Of a stretch of 64,000 nucleotides of DNA, positions 51,108-64,000 are shown piece after piece; within the stretch, counting starts at the first letter, position 1; each line of letters starts with the position of its first letter. A program made the position numbers and the translations under genes. The notes beneath the pieces are model-generated. The model did not search any database, was not told where the DNA came from, and saw nothing but the letters and a program-made list of their open reading frames with translations. Source of the stretch: Sphyrna mokarran (taxonomy: Eukaryota); NCBI GenBank assembly GCA_024679065.1, contig JAGIQG010000001.1, forward strand, positions 112,840,001 through 112,904,000. Reading direction: 5' to 3'.

Positions 51108-51676
51108 GCATGCTGACCTGGCTGTCAGTCATGGCTCTATTCTCGGCTTCCCCTAACAGGCCCATGGCATATTTGTCAAATGGAGTCAGGAGCTGCAGCT
51201 TGGAAACACTGTCTCCAATATACACCTGCTTCCGCCTGTTTTGGGCCATCTTCACCTAAAACCTGATGGCTGGGAGGCCATAGGGCCATGGACATTGAAA
51301 CTATGCTTCAATGGGTATGGCTTGTGATGGGGGATTGCGGGGGTGGGGGGGAGAGCAGAGAGTTTGGAGGAAGATGCAAAGAGGGTTGGGTGCTGGAAGG
51401 GGATATCAGAGAGTGTTTTGATGTGGACATATTCCAGGTGTGACATATGGGACTAATTCCAGAGCGGGATGGAAACTCACACTCACCGCCGAAATCAGGT
51501 CATCTTTTTTGGGCACTGCCCACCCATCCTCTGTCAGCGCATGGGCACTGATCAGGCAGCATTGCAGACCTGATCACTGGACCATTGACCATCTCTAGGA
51601 TAGAAGATGGGCCTCCTGTCCTCCAGAAGCTCTCCCAACTCTCTGTAAAGCATCAGGCTGGTCTATGCAGTGCCAT
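51108..51676 (-). pseudogene. Harbinger Myb/SANT-like DNA-binding gene relic (exons ~51676-51487 and 51255-51108)
   Basis: E.RRPIFYP..ISAHALT..QC.KK.DL, donor GTGAGT at 51486, then KMAQNRRKQ...LLTPFDKYAMGLLG; typical Harbinger second ORF. Confidence 0.65.
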
Positions 51677-51929
51677 CTTCCTGGCGTGACCGATTGTGAG
51701 TGCATTGTTAGTGTTTAAATGCAGCTCCCCTTGTTAATGGCACACACTGTGGTCACTTTGGGCAAATCACACGTCTGGAGCCTCTACGATGGTGTGATTT
51801 GCATGGAGGCTTTTTCACTGCATTCAGAGTCAAAAGATGCAATGAGGAGCATGCCCAAGAGACCAGTTTGCATCATCCCTGTTTTATTACTGTTATGATG
51901 CTCAAGAATTTTTGGAGAAAATTGTTCCT

Positions 51930-52510
51930 CTGGAGTAACATATACTGTTTTAGTCTCCTTATTTGAAAATGATATATTTGCTTCAGAAGCAGTTAAAAGA
52001 AGGCTTACTTACTTCATTCCTGGGATAAAGAGTTTATGAAAGATGGTCGAGTAGGTTGGGCCTTCACCTATTGGAGTTTAGAAAAATGAGAGATGACCTT
52101 ATTTAAAATTTTGAGAACTTGACAGGGTAGGAACTGAGAAGATGTTTTCTTTTGCAAGAGAGACTAGAGCTAGGAGACTGTTTAAAATGTAAAAAAATTC
52201 CCTTTTAAAACTGAGATGAGGAGAATTTTTTTCTCTATCCGAGGACTGCAGTCTTGGACATTGTCTCTCTCAGAGAGCAGTGGATACTGGGAGATTAAAT
52301 TCATTCAAGGTTGAGTTGGATATACATTTCAGTTGACAAGGAGTGTGAGGAGGTATGGGGTGAGGCAGATAGGAAAATAGAGTTGAGACTATGGACCCTC
52401 CTTGATCCCACCGAACAGTGGATCAGGTTCTGTGGGCTGCATGGCGTGCTGTTGCCAAGCTGGAGTGTGCCTGATGGGCTGATAGGCCTTCTTGTGTGCA
52501 GTAATGGTTT
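51930..52510 (+). mobile_element. CR1 3' portion
   Basis: EAVKRRLT..IPG...LEFRKMRDDL pattern and CR1 3' UTR. Confidence 0.75.
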
Positions 52511-52599
52511 TATTGAATGTACACTCTGCATATAGTATGCACAGAATATGCAGCATATAGTTAGCACCCCCTGTACACGTTTTGCATGGCGTGTATAAA

Positions 52600-53330
52600 C
52601 TGTTTACATTAGGAGTTTACATGACGTAATCTGTAGGCGATGGTAATATATAGTGCGAATGGTATATGCTGCATGTTGTTGGGACTGTACATGGTACATG
52701 TTTCTATTGCACACACACACAGAGTATATCCTAGCTGTGTATATAGAGCACACCCTGTCCGGGCCACCAGTAGCTGGGAAGGAGGTGGGAGGTTGGTGAC
52801 TGGCTCGGCGGCAGCGCCGCGACAAGGATGCAGTGAGTCGGCTCCGGCTCCGGGCAGGATCGGGATCGGCACCGGCACCCGGATCGCTGGCTGAGCGTCT
52901 CTCGGTCCCTCTCCGTGCCGCGGCTCCGGGGAGATGTGAGCGCCGCTGGGGGCTGGAAGGAGGTGAGTAGGAGGCGCGGGGCCTGAGGCTGGGCCCCGGG
53001 TTTCGATGGTCATTGTCAGCGTGGGCCCCCGCTCTCCGGGCCTGCCTGCTTGGTGGTTGAGGCGATGCCCAGTCTCCGGGTGAGCTGCGGCCCGCGGCTG
53101 GTGGATTTTAAATGGCGGCGGCCCGGGCCTGGGTTCTGGCTCAGCTGCCCAGGGTGCGGCCTTGTCTGCTTCCTCCAGAGTGTGGGCTGCTGTTTGTAGA
53201 AATGTTTATTTGGGGGGAGAGAGAAATTCAAACACTATTTTTTATTTTTAAATCTCTATTCAGCAATCAACACCTTTCCCGAGGCGGTTATTTGTAGACT
53301 TTCACTTTCAAAAGGCCGGAAGTTAAATTC
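52600..53330 (+). promoter_or_regulatory. CpG-island promoter of a divergent plus-strand gene
   Basis: Strongly GC/CpG-rich at 52780-53170; ATGACGTAAT (52621-52630), YY1-type AAATGGCGGC (53110-53119), ETS-type CCGGAAGT (53316-53323). Confidence 0.85.
52780..52962 (+). other. Probable non-coding first exon of the divergent gene (likely CNOT6L by synteny; start approximate)
   Basis: Consensus donor GAG|GTGAGT at 52963 inside the CpG island. MRPL1 is head-to-head with CNOT6L in human. No coding exon seen in the window, so the identity is inferred. Confidence 0.55.
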
Positions 53331-53759
53331 ATAGTACATTTGTGAGGGACAAAAACTTTATTTTTTGAGCAGGAAGTTGTGGAGTTTGGTTTAACTATGC
53401 ACCGACTTGGTGAGTTTATTTTTGTTGGGTGAGGTCTTGTTGTTTCCTTTGTTTTGAGAAGAAATGAGTGCAGAAGTATATAATAGAAAGGAGTGGCTAC
53501 CATATTTATACAGAAACTGGTGGTGTATGTTGCCAGCTTCTTGACACCCATGATTTGGATAACTTGCCTGTAACAATGTATTTTATTTACTTCATGCATC
53601 AGAACCTCATCAACCTGACTTGAAAAGTCCACTGACGTTCATTTTACGTGCATTGTTTAGGAAAAGTGCTGTTTGAAAACTTGAAACTAACATAAATTAA
53701 TTTAGATTGTGTTTTGAACATTTATGGATTTTTTTTACTTGTGATCATTATGGCACAGG

Positions 53760-54650
53760 AAATTATCTTTTCTGACTTTCTGTAAAATAATCCAATTAGT
53801 CCTAGCTCTTTGCTCTATTCTTTTTGAGTTTATTTGCCTCAAATACCCATCTAATTTATTTTTGAAACTATTCTTTGTCTTCACTTCCACCACCCTCAAA
53901 CTTGGTTTTCCAGGTCATTACCACTGCTGTGGAAGGAAAATTAGTTCTTCCTTCCATCTCTGCCACTCATTTGACCCTTGTCCTTGTACAATCAGCTCAT
54001 GGGAGCAGCTATTTTTGTCTACCTTATCCAAATTTGTCATAATCTTGTACACATCTATCAAATCTCCTCTCCATTTCCTTGCTCCAAGGAAAACAACCCT
54101 AGCTTCTTTAACTTGCAGTGAAAATCCTTCAGCCCCAAAACCATTCTACTTGATCTTCAATGCAAGGACCCTTACATTGTTCCAAAAGTCTAATGACCAG
54201 AACTGTACTAGAAACTCTGCTTTAGAAGTTCAATATAATTTCTCTGCTTTTGAACTTAATATTCTACTATATTTATAAAACTCAAAATTCTATGCACTAT
54301 GCTAAGTACTTTTTCAGTATGTCCTGTCTGTCCCTGCACATTATAAGAACATGAGAAATTGGAACAGGTTTAGAGCATTTGGCCCCTGAGCTATACAGTA
54401 AGGTCATTGCTGATCTGATCAGAGCCTCAACTTGACTTTGATACCTACTTAATAGAATCGTTAGACTCCCTTGTAGATCAAAACTCAGCATTGAAGATAT
54501 TCAGTGATGTAACCTCTACTGCACTCTGAAGTAGAATTTCAAAGAATAATAACCTTTTGGAGAGAAGAAATTCTTTTTCATCTTAAACTGGAGAGCCATT
54601 ATTCTGAAATCCTGTATCTGGTTGTAGATGCATCCTGTATACTGAAGCAA
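53760..54650 (-). mobile_element. Decayed CR1 3' fragments
   Basis: CR1 3'-end patterns on the reverse strand (ataagaacat tail near 54345). Confidence 0.6.
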
Positions 54651-54689
54651 AACATTTGGCATTTGCTGTGTCAACAACAACCCTCCCCC

Positions 54690-56950
54690 GCCCTTCCCCA
54701 AGTACTCTTTCCATGTTAACATATTTGATCTGAACTGAAATTATAGCTTTGGATGCAAATTCTGTTGGTCTTCCCATCTGTATCAGGCTTCTCCCGGCCC
54801 TTTTATAGATGATCAACTTGCAGAATGAAAGGTTTCTCTCTGACGTTTATCTCTTCGCATGTGACTTAGTTTGTTGTAACTCCAGTCTCACTGATTATCA
54901 ATATCTTCTTTCATCAGCTCTTGTAGATCTGCTGTGTGTTCTGATGTACGATATGATATGAAATGAAACATGAACTTGACCAAGTTGAGGAAAATTCCAA
55001 GCCTTTAATTCTTGGAGCAACAATCTCCAAGATGACTGTGACTGTTCCAGGATTCAGCTCAACTCAGTCAGCTGCACCATTTCAAAGAACTGACATTCTG
55101 ACACCTTTACAATGCATTTGTCTGCTTGATTGCTGCTATCCTGGTTCTTTCCATGGCTTTAAGTAGATAAGTGATCACAATCTTTGTCATCTACACAAAG
55201 ATCAGACTGCTCTTTACATCTTCGGTATGTCTCATTTACTTTCACCAGGAACACACCCTGACTTACTGCCAGGAGGGAGACACAGGAATCTTTACTGACC
55301 AAAGGGCATGTTGAATTTTGTCAACAGCAAAGATTGCTCATCAAGCTACACGCTCTGGCATCAAATTTGCTGAAAATGTTTGCCTCTGCCGGAGCTGATG
55401 TGATCTCTACTAATGTTGGAATAGTGGATTAATTTTCCTTTATTGCATAAAAGGTCTTTGGTTCCATTCAAATTCTTTGCTGTCCATTTGTCTTCTGTCT
55501 CACCGTGATGACATGTATCTACTCTGCAGATTCTGTGACTCTGGTGATTACCTTCTTTTCTCCCATCTCATGAGCTCTATTGCAAGATTTCCTTAGTTCT
55601 AATCATATCTTATATGGGGGATGAAGCACTAGTTCCAGTGCTGGGTTAGTAATGGTGCTATGCTCAAAAATATCAGTGGACTCACCTGAGTCTTGCCTCA
55701 GGCCTTGAAATTTACATTGCTAGATCTGATGAATTGACTTTAGGTGGAGATGTATGCTGAATTTTTCAAAAATGCTGTCTGGGGTTTTTTTTTGTTGTCT
55801 GTACTCCCAGCAATTAAACAAATTTAACTCTTTCTAATTGTATGTAAGGATATAGCTAACCCTTTTCATCAGCTTCCCACTTCACTCATGGACTGGAGCT
55901 GCGTGTTCATTGCTGTGGTCTCTCTCTCACCGCTTTGCCACACTTCAATGTTTGGCATTTTTGGCAAATTTTAATTTTTCTCAATGTTGCATTGTTCAAA
56001 TCATCATTGCTATGGTTCCACACACTGACTTTTCTAGCAAGCATCTTCATTTGGAAAAATAAACCAAAAGATATTCAAATTTGTTTTTAAATAATAGTTC
56101 ATTCTAGTCCACCTGGAGTTCAGGTTTCTGTGGCTACATATTTCGGATCTGTGGGTAGTGGTGGTAGAGGCTTTGATGTGTTTTTCCATAACATAGCTGA
56201 CCAGTTCTTTCTCTTAGAGTGTGTTAGAAGGGTTTGCATTTGACTGTGTTATCAACGCGTCTTTCTCACCAAGTCCTCGGGTGGGACTTGAAACAGGAGT
56301 TTCTGATTCAACATGCAGAGATTCTACCCACTGCACCATAGCACACCTTAAATGGTCCATAAGCCTCACTATCTGTACGTTCAGCAGTGTTACGTTATGC
56401 AGAAAAGTATTTTGGCCTTGGCATATAACATCTGGTCAATTAAAGCTGCAGTCTTACAAGTGTTGGATATTCAGATGCAGTTGGATGCAAGGAAGTTCAT
56501 GGAAAAGGAATGAGTGGCATTTCAAGGTGTGTTCTGAGGAGTGCTGGGCAGTAGAATGTTGTGGAATCCAGAGTTTGGCAGATGGCAGTTTTTTCAATGT
56601 TGCATCACATGTCTTTTCTGTTCTTCTGAAGGCCTTGAGTCTCTTGATGCACACAATCCTTCTCTCCCTCAATTCCTCAGTCACTTTAATCAAGCCTACT
56701 TGATTTGAGACACTGGTGTCTTCCTGCCATCTTCAGCAAATATCACTGAACAACTTCTGGACCTGCAGCAAGGTTTCTATTAAAGTCCAGGACCTGGGGG
56801 ATAATCTTCCCAGATCTCCTTTCCATGATTGCTGAAGCTTCATTAATTGTGTTTGGCTCAATGTCAAGCTTTACTTCCATGGCGCTGTCATGAAGTGCTG
56901 TGGGCAGTTTTGTTGTTAACTTAAAGGGATTGATTTTCTTAATTCTGGTC
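54690..56950 (-). mobile_element. Highly decayed Gypsy/Ty3 relic (gag/pol, RT - RNase H)
   Basis: Reverse strand K.NGQQRI.MEPKD, IPTLVEIT...ANIFSKFDA, FNMPFG, CVDD and FASKAI..QIKYVNMERVL. Confidence 0.7.
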
Positions 56951-59399
56951 AATTATATGTGCAAGCCATAAATTGTTCACTTTACAGTTTAGTTTTGACT
57001 CTTGATATTTCAAAATTAACTTCTTATGTTGTACATTTGTAACTTTTCAAATTCTTTTTTAAATTTATATTATGAGCAATCATATTAGAGGACGAGTTGG
57101 TTAATTGCTTTTTTTTATTCTTTTTGCTCTAATAAGAATAAATTGATTATCTTGAAGTTGTACTAATTTATCTAGATTTCTGCAGAAAAATTAAAGGCAT
57201 GACTTTTAAATTCAGGAAGTACTATCAGAAAGATGTAACGATTGTGGTGTGAAAAAACAGTCTGTATTTTTTCATGTCATATTCTGGACGCACCACTGAA
57301 TTACCTGCTAGGCAAGCAATTTGGTGATTTGGCTGCATTAATTCATTTTTTCCTCAATAACAACCTACTTATGTTGATCCTTCTCATTGGTACCCTGCGT
57401 TCCATTTTTGAGCAATGCCAATAATTGCCCATAAATTAATTGGTTGATTTAGAAATGAGTGAGTTGCTTATTAAAATTTAGGCTCAAGATCTATGATTGA
57501 CTTGTTAATGTTGAACTGGAGGAAGTTGCCTCGTCCAAGCCTTGCTGTTGGGCACTCTGATGGCACTGTGGCTGAGGAGCAGTAGAGAACTGAAACTGCA
57601 ACTTGCATGTAATTGTTGATTCTGTGGATAGTATTAAATAGTATGCAAAAGAGAAGAGGTATGAAGATAAATGCAAGGATGGGAAGAGAAGCTGAGGATG
57701 AACTGGCTGTATGTAGAGGTAGGAATTGAATCATGCCAGGGAATCCACATCGTGCTATGATGAAAGGTACTAACAGGAGTTGGTGTAAATCAATTTTGTT
57801 TACGTTGTGCAAAAGGGAAAGAGCTTTGAAAACATTTAGAAGTTGTAAAATGCCTAATGTTTTCTTTCTCATTGCTTATATTCAAATCTCTCTGACCTTG
57901 CCCATCTATATCGTATTCTTCAGACCTTTAACCCCTCTGAATGCACTCTTTCTCCCATTCTGCCTCCTGCTCATCTCATTTCCTTGTCTTACCATTGCTG
58001 ACTCTGCATTCCCTCTCAAACTCTGTGCCTTTCAAACTCAAAACACTGCTCCTAAATACACTTTTTGAAAAGCTGTCCCAATATTTTTTATATGATCAAC
58101 GTTGAATTTTATCTAATGCTCCTGTGAAGTACCGTGATGTTTAACTATAATATAAATGCTGTATATAAAGCATTATATTTAACTACATTGTCTTATGTTA
58201 ACTAGTCTCCACTTTCAGTTGCATAACATAAAATTTACTTGATATAAAAAAAAACCACATCCAAATTTTCCAATGGATATTGCAATGTGGATGAAAGCTT
58301 AAAATTACAGGTATTAATGGATAAGTGCTTGGCAAATCAATTTCAGTACAGGCAAATGTGAAACCAGGTGACACCACACCTTGAGTACTTAAGAAGGATA
58401 CATTGGCCTTAGAGGAGTACAGTGTAGACTTACCATAATTAAAGAGGAGAATTAATAATAAGTAAGAAGCAAAATAATGCATGTACATGAAATCTGAAAT
58501 GATGCAGATTATGGCAGCACCTGTGAAGAGAGAAAAGCGAGCTTGCATTTCAGATTGTAATCTTATTGAATGCAATAGGCTCAAGAGACCTTTTTAATTC
58601 ATTCACAGGATATGGGCAGTAGTAGGCCAGCATTTATTGCCTTGAAATGCGTGGCTTGCTGGGCCATTTTGGAGAGTTCACATGTAGGCTGGACTAACGT
58701 AGGTGGCGGATTTCCTTTCCTAAGGGGTGTTAGTGAACCAGATGGGTTTTTATGACTATCAATTCATGGTCATTATTTGTTGAATTAAAATTTCACTATT
58801 TGCTGTGGTGGAATGCAAACTTGGGTCTCTGGATTACTATCTGGTAAAAATACCATAATGTCCCCACCTCCCTAAATAGCCTAATCCTGTTCCTGTACCA
58901 CTTCCAGAAAGATTGCTCATCTCAGCTAAAAGCCCTGAAATCTACAGATGGCAATGTTTTCATCCCAAATTAATCCAGTTATTTCATATTCTTTCGTTTT
59001 GTTTTCCACAATTATTACAAGGGCCCTAAAAACACTAAGTATTGTTGAGACATAAAGGAATAATTTATTTTGAATCCTGGGTAGAAATGTGTAATCTTTC
59101 TCTCGCTTTTATGTTACAACTTTATTTGGATCAACTTAATATTATGGTGTAAAATGTTAATCATAACATAGTGTGACATGCTAAGAACAGAGGAGGCCAT
59201 TTATTCCCTCAAGTACGTAACAACATTCAGGTCGTGACTGATATATATCACGTTCACCTGCATTGGCTCAATATCCTTTGTATAATGAAGCAATATACAG
59301 CTCTCCAATTAGTTAATTGTGCTATTATCTTCTGCGTTTCGTGGGAGAGAGTTCTACCTTTCTACCACCATTGTATGAAGAAGAATTTCTTGAATGGCT

Positions 59400-60525
59400 T
59401 GGCTCTTTATTTTGATTTAATTTATTTAGATTTCCGGAAGGCATTTGACAAGGTGCTGCATAGGAGACTGTTAGGTAAGTTAAGACCCATGATGTTAAAG
59501 GCAAGATCTTGGTATGGACCAAGGATTAGTTGACAGGTAGAAGGCAGAGGGTGAGCATAAAGAGGTTTTTCTCAGGATGGCAGCTGGTGACTAGTGGCAT
59601 GCCTTGTGTCAATGCTGGCACCACAACTGTTCACAATATACATTCTTGATTTGGTGGAAGGAACTGAAAGCACTGTTGCTAAGTTTGCAGATGATACAAA
59701 GATATGTAGAGGGACAGGTAATACTAAGGAAGCAAGGAGGCCTGCAGAAGGACTTGGACAGCTTAGGAGAGTGGGCAAAGAAGTGCCCGATGGAATACAA
59801 CATAGAAAAGTGAGGTTATGCACTTAGGAAGGGGGAATGGAGACATAGACTATTTTCTAAATGGGGAAAATGCTTAGGAAATGAGAAACACAAAGGGATT
59901 TGGCAGTCATTGTTCAAGATTCTCTTAAAGTTAACATGCAGGTTCAGTTGGCAGTTAGGAAGGCAGATGCAATGTTAGCATTCATGTCAAGAAGGCATAT
60001 AAGAACAGGGATGTACTTCTGAGGCTGTATAAGGCCTTATTTGTGAGCTATTTTGGGCCCCATATCTAAGGAAGGATCTGTTGGCTTTGGGAAGGGTCCA
60101 GAGGAGGTTATAAGAATGATCCCTGGAATGAAGAGCTTATCATATGAGCAACAGTTGAGGACTCTGGGTCTGTACTTGTTTAAAATTTAGAAGGATTAGG
60201 GGGGATATTATTGAAATACAGGATATTGCAAAGTCTGGATCGAATGGACGTGGGGAGGATGTTTCCATTAGTAGAAAAACGAGAACCAGAGGGCACAACT
60301 TCAGGCTAAAGGGGCAATTCTTTAAAACAGAGCTGAGCAGAGTGGTGAACCTGTGGAACACTGCCACAAAAGGCTGTGGAGGCCAGGTCATTGAATGTCT
60401 TTAAGACAGAGATAAGTAGGTTTTTGGTTAATAAGGGGATCAGGGCTTATGGGGAAAAGGCAGGAGAGTGGGGATGAGATAGACAGAGAAAACATGATGG
60501 GCCAAGTGGCATATGTCATATGATT
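59400..60525 (+). mobile_element. Decayed CR1 RT + 3' UTR
   Basis: YLDFRKAFDKV.HRRLL, VAKFADDTKI and LQKDLDSLGEWA motifs. Confidence 0.88.
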
Positions 60526-62099
60526 TTATGGCTCTGATTTCCATGGCCTCTACTCCATGCCAACAGGCAAAATTTCTCATCGTGTCCTTGACAAATTAGT
60601 TTGTGTAATTTCTCCTCATAAACAAACCCTTGGAGCCCAAGTAATGTTCTTGGGAACTACGCTGCAGTCTTTGAAGGCTAGCATGTGCTTCCAAAGTTGT
60701 AATGTCCAGCACTGTACTTAGTACTCCAAAATTTGATCTATCCAGTACTTTTTTGGAAAGCTTCCACCTCTCTTGTTATGTAGACTAATGTTCCATTAGC
60801 CTTTGGTTATTTTTGTACCCTTATATCAAATATTTCACAATTAACATAGCACATTAATGTGGAATGGATGGAATACCATTTTGATACTTCGGCTTTAAAC
60901 ACGCTGAAGGAATAAGAGCCTCATGTTGCACTTTATCTGTAGTGTAACTGACCAATTCTGACATTTGTATTGTTGAACATAACCTTTACATCACCCCCAC
61001 AGCAAAAATCCTTCCTACCTGCTGCCCTCCCTATCTGTCGTTTCTATCATCTGTAGTTATGTAATGTTTATATTGTAGCTCTAGAATCTAAAGGGATATG
61101 GGAAAGGTGAAATCAGAATATCTGATGATCAGTCATGATCAAAATAAATGGCAGAACAGGTTTGAAGACCTGAATGATCTACTCCCACTTCTAATTTCAA
61201 TGTAATCTTCCACTTGAGCCCCTTCCGCCAACATGGTGAGGCTGGAGGCCTCACCTTATCCTTTCTGCTACCTTTTCCTCTGCTTTGTATTGATTTCCAT
61301 CAGAAGCTTTATTTAATTTCAAGATCAAATTTGCTTGTACTTTTTCAGAACAAAAAATTGCTAAGAATAAGACAAAACTATGTCTTAATCGCAGCAAGTG
61401 TATTAAGCAGATACTTCAAACTGTATAATGGAAAATTGTTTTTAGAACTGATGTACATGTAACATATCTGATTACACACAGTAGTAAAGGAATAGGCCAT
61501 TCAGTCCAGCCAGTGTTGACATTTATGTTCCATTGGCACATCCTCCCAATTTTCATCTCATTGTCAACGTGGCCGTCTTATTTCTTTCTTCCTCAAGTTT
61601 AATTTTTCTCTTAAGTGCATCTAAATGATTCGTCACAATTACACTGATAGTTATTTATATATAATAAACACCTATCATAGCTCATGACAGAGTTTTTGTT
61701 TTGACTTGTAACATGCTGCAATCCCCCCTCTTTTTTTAATCGTCAGCCCTGTTTTTGAATTACACAGTTATCCCACTGATAACAATGAAGATATTAATGT
61801 AGTATTCATCTGTTTGGACTTTTTTAATTTGATAGTACTGACCCACCATGAGCTATTTTTCTTTTGGGATACGTGGATGAGGCAGCCTTCGGAATCTAAA
61901 GGATTCCTTTCAGACATTGAAATTAATATTGGTCTAAAAGATGAATGTGTGCATGAAGCAACTGTGCTAGAGGATTCAACTACTATGGTCTGCTATTAAT
62001 ACATATTTGCTGTGTTTTGCCTAGGAAGTTTCATGAGAAAGTGTTTGCTTTGTGGTGTCAAACACGTGAAACATGTTTTCTCCCAGTAATCTGACAACT

Positions 62100-63250
62100 A
62101 ATAATTTTGGTGTGTAGCCCCCTTTTAATTTGGAGGTGATTCAATTAAAAAAGTAGTTTGGTTTAAAACTAAGGATGAAGGTTAATTTCTTATAAAACTG
62201 AAAACTGCTAGTGCCTATACTTGAAGGTTGTCTTTCTGGTTTCTTTTCAACAGAGTAAGAAGTCTGACAACACCAGATTTTTTTCAACAGACCAGGAATG
62301 CTTTTTTTGGATGCCTCTGACTGTTGGTAGTAGAGAGAAACAAAACTCTTGCATATTGTTGACATTTTGTTCAGTTGTAGGCTGGAACTGATCTGAAGTC
62401 TTCTGGATTCTCGGTATACTCACCAAATATGGCTTCTTGCAGCCGCATTTTATATAGTTCAGAAACACTGCTTTGTTCATTTTTAATAAGTCCTTGTTTT
62501 AAGGAAGTTAAAGGCCTAGAAACTACAGTGTTTTCACCTTAAAACAATTCAGAGGGCATCCTTGAAGTAGCCTATGCATTTTAGTATTCTTGTAACCAAT
62601 TCTGGAGATGAGTCTGACAAGGTTTGAGCAAACCCTGAAGTGTCAAGTTGAATATCCATACTTCCAATTTTGAGGAGAAAAAAAGCATTTAAACTCAATT
62701 TAAAGGTTTAAAATTTGGTTTTGAAGGTACATTTCATTGTCCTTAAAATTTGTAATATAATTTCATAATACTTATTTGGCCCTCATGTACTGCCCCGAGG
62801 ATCTGTGTTTAAGGCAGTTGGGTGCATGGTTTGCCAGTGAAGGATTTATCTGATTATAGTTTTTTTAAATCTTGATTTCAAAAAGGTAAATATGTGTTGC
62901 CTTCCAGAATCTATTCTAATTTATAACTGGATTTAGTAGCTACTGCATGTGAATGTGAAGAAAATATTATTTTGTCTTTACGAATGGCTTTGTTTCTGAC
63001 CAAAAAAGTACCATATTTGGAATGAACTTTGACTGAGATTTCACAGTCCCCATTGAAGCATTGACCACGAAGATGGTCCACAGTGATCTGACGATCTCTG
63101 TGGCATGGTTTCCTCTTTCCTCATAATTTAAATCTGAGACCATATCCAGGGAAAGCCTTGGCATATGCCAACAGTGATGTCAGCAAGCTGGTGAGAAGTC
63201 AGTTAGCATTCATACATTATAGTTCACAAAATATTGACGATAGTAGAGAA
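62100..63250 (-). mobile_element. Possible decayed Gypsy RNase H / integrase fragment
   Basis: Weak motifs: YGLRFKL; SLYYQQSE resembling SPYYPQSNG. Confidence 0.4.
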
Positions 63251-63499
63251 GTGAAAACAAACAGTTAAGTTTTTGAAGTTTTTTTATGTCGCTGCAGAGA
63301 CATTTGATATTCCACAATTCTAGTGTTAGCTTTTCAAGGTAATAAAGAGGATATCACTTTAAAATACAAAAGCATAGTAACACTTATTCAACAAGGTGCA
63401 TCTTTTTACAATAATAAATACTGGAGGGAGTTAATTTTTTAAAACCTTTTTTATTAGTTCAGAAATTTGCATGTCTTTGCACAGACCTGTGCTAATCTT

Positions 63500-64000
63500 C
63501 TCAGTAGAATTGGCTGAGTCAACATAGATTTATGGAAGGGAAATCATGTCTGACAAACTTGTTGGGAATATTTTGAGGATGTAACTAGCAGAATAGATAA
63601 GGAGCAACCAGTGGATGCAGTGCATTTGGATTTTCAGAAGGTTTTTGATATGGTCTCATGTAAAATGTTAATGGACAAAATTAGATCACCATGGAATTGA
63701 AGGTCATGTACTCACATGGACCAGAGTAGCAATAAATGGATCGTTTTCAAATTGGCAGTCTGTGACAAGTGTGGTATCATAAGGATTAGTGTTTGGGTTC
63801 CATCTATTTTCAATCTATATTGATGATTTGGATGTGAGGACCAAATGTAATAATTACAAGTTTGTGATGACACAAAACTAGGAAGAGGATACTTACCATT
63901 GAGGGAAGGTTCACCAAACTGACCCTTGGTGGCCAGTTTCAGGAGACTGGGCCTAGGTGTGATCTCATTGAAACTTACAAAGTTTCTAGCATAGCTCAAA
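63500..64000 (+). mobile_element. Decayed CR1 RT fragment
   Basis: GFM.GKSCLTNL, LDFQKVFD and SIYIDDLD patterns. Confidence 0.75.

Larger units (their letters stand above)
49485..51928. mobile_element. Decayed PIF/Harbinger DNA transposon with convergent transposase and Myb/SANT genes
   Basis: See the two pseudogene features; right terminus GGAGAAAATTGTTCC (51914-51928). Confidence 0.85.

Noticed and set aside
52609-53013. 134-aa Pro/Ala-rich minus-strand ORF
   Set aside because: Expected by-product of a stop-poor CpG island; no recognisable domain.
53112-53297. ORF MAAARAWVLAQLPRVRP..., which looks like a mitochondrial presequence or MRPL1 exon 1
   Set aside because: Wrong strand for MRPL1, and a phase-compatible exon 1 exists at 46943-46964. 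The ATG coincides with a YY1-type motif downstream of the 52963 donor, and the ORF runs into AT-rich intronic sequence.

Overview
Eukaryotic, AT-rich, repeat-dense genomic DNA. The SINE, CR1, Penelope and Harbinger families point to a cartilaginous fish (shark); this is an inference. The one complete protein-coding gene is MRPL1 (mitochondrial ribosomal protein uL1m) on the minus strand. I reconstructed it by hand as 9 coding exons (46964 -> 13557), all GT-AG and phase-consistent, giving 972 nt / 323 aa. About 5.8 kb upstream lies a divergent CpG-island promoter with a plus-strand first exon (donor at 52963). It is probably CNOT6L by vertebrate synteny, but no coding exon of that gene was found in the window. 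The rest is a layered transposable-element record: CR1 and L2 LINEs (one young, nearly intact CR1 RT segment), tRNA-derived SINEs, two Penelope-like families, three decayed Gypsy/Ty3 segments and a two-gene PIF/Harbinger relic with related TIR elements. The most notable signals are: a cluster of Penelope-type minimal hammerhead-ribozyme motifs, several in inverted-repeat arrangements inside MRPL1 introns; a tandem 5' splice site that would give MRPL1 an alternative CaaX-ending tail; a local duplication near the MRPL1 poly(A) region; twin perfect CRE sites; and a repeat-poor intronic block that may be an enhancer. I see no convincing evidence of a wholly novel biological system. Repeat boundaries are approximate and were read by eye.
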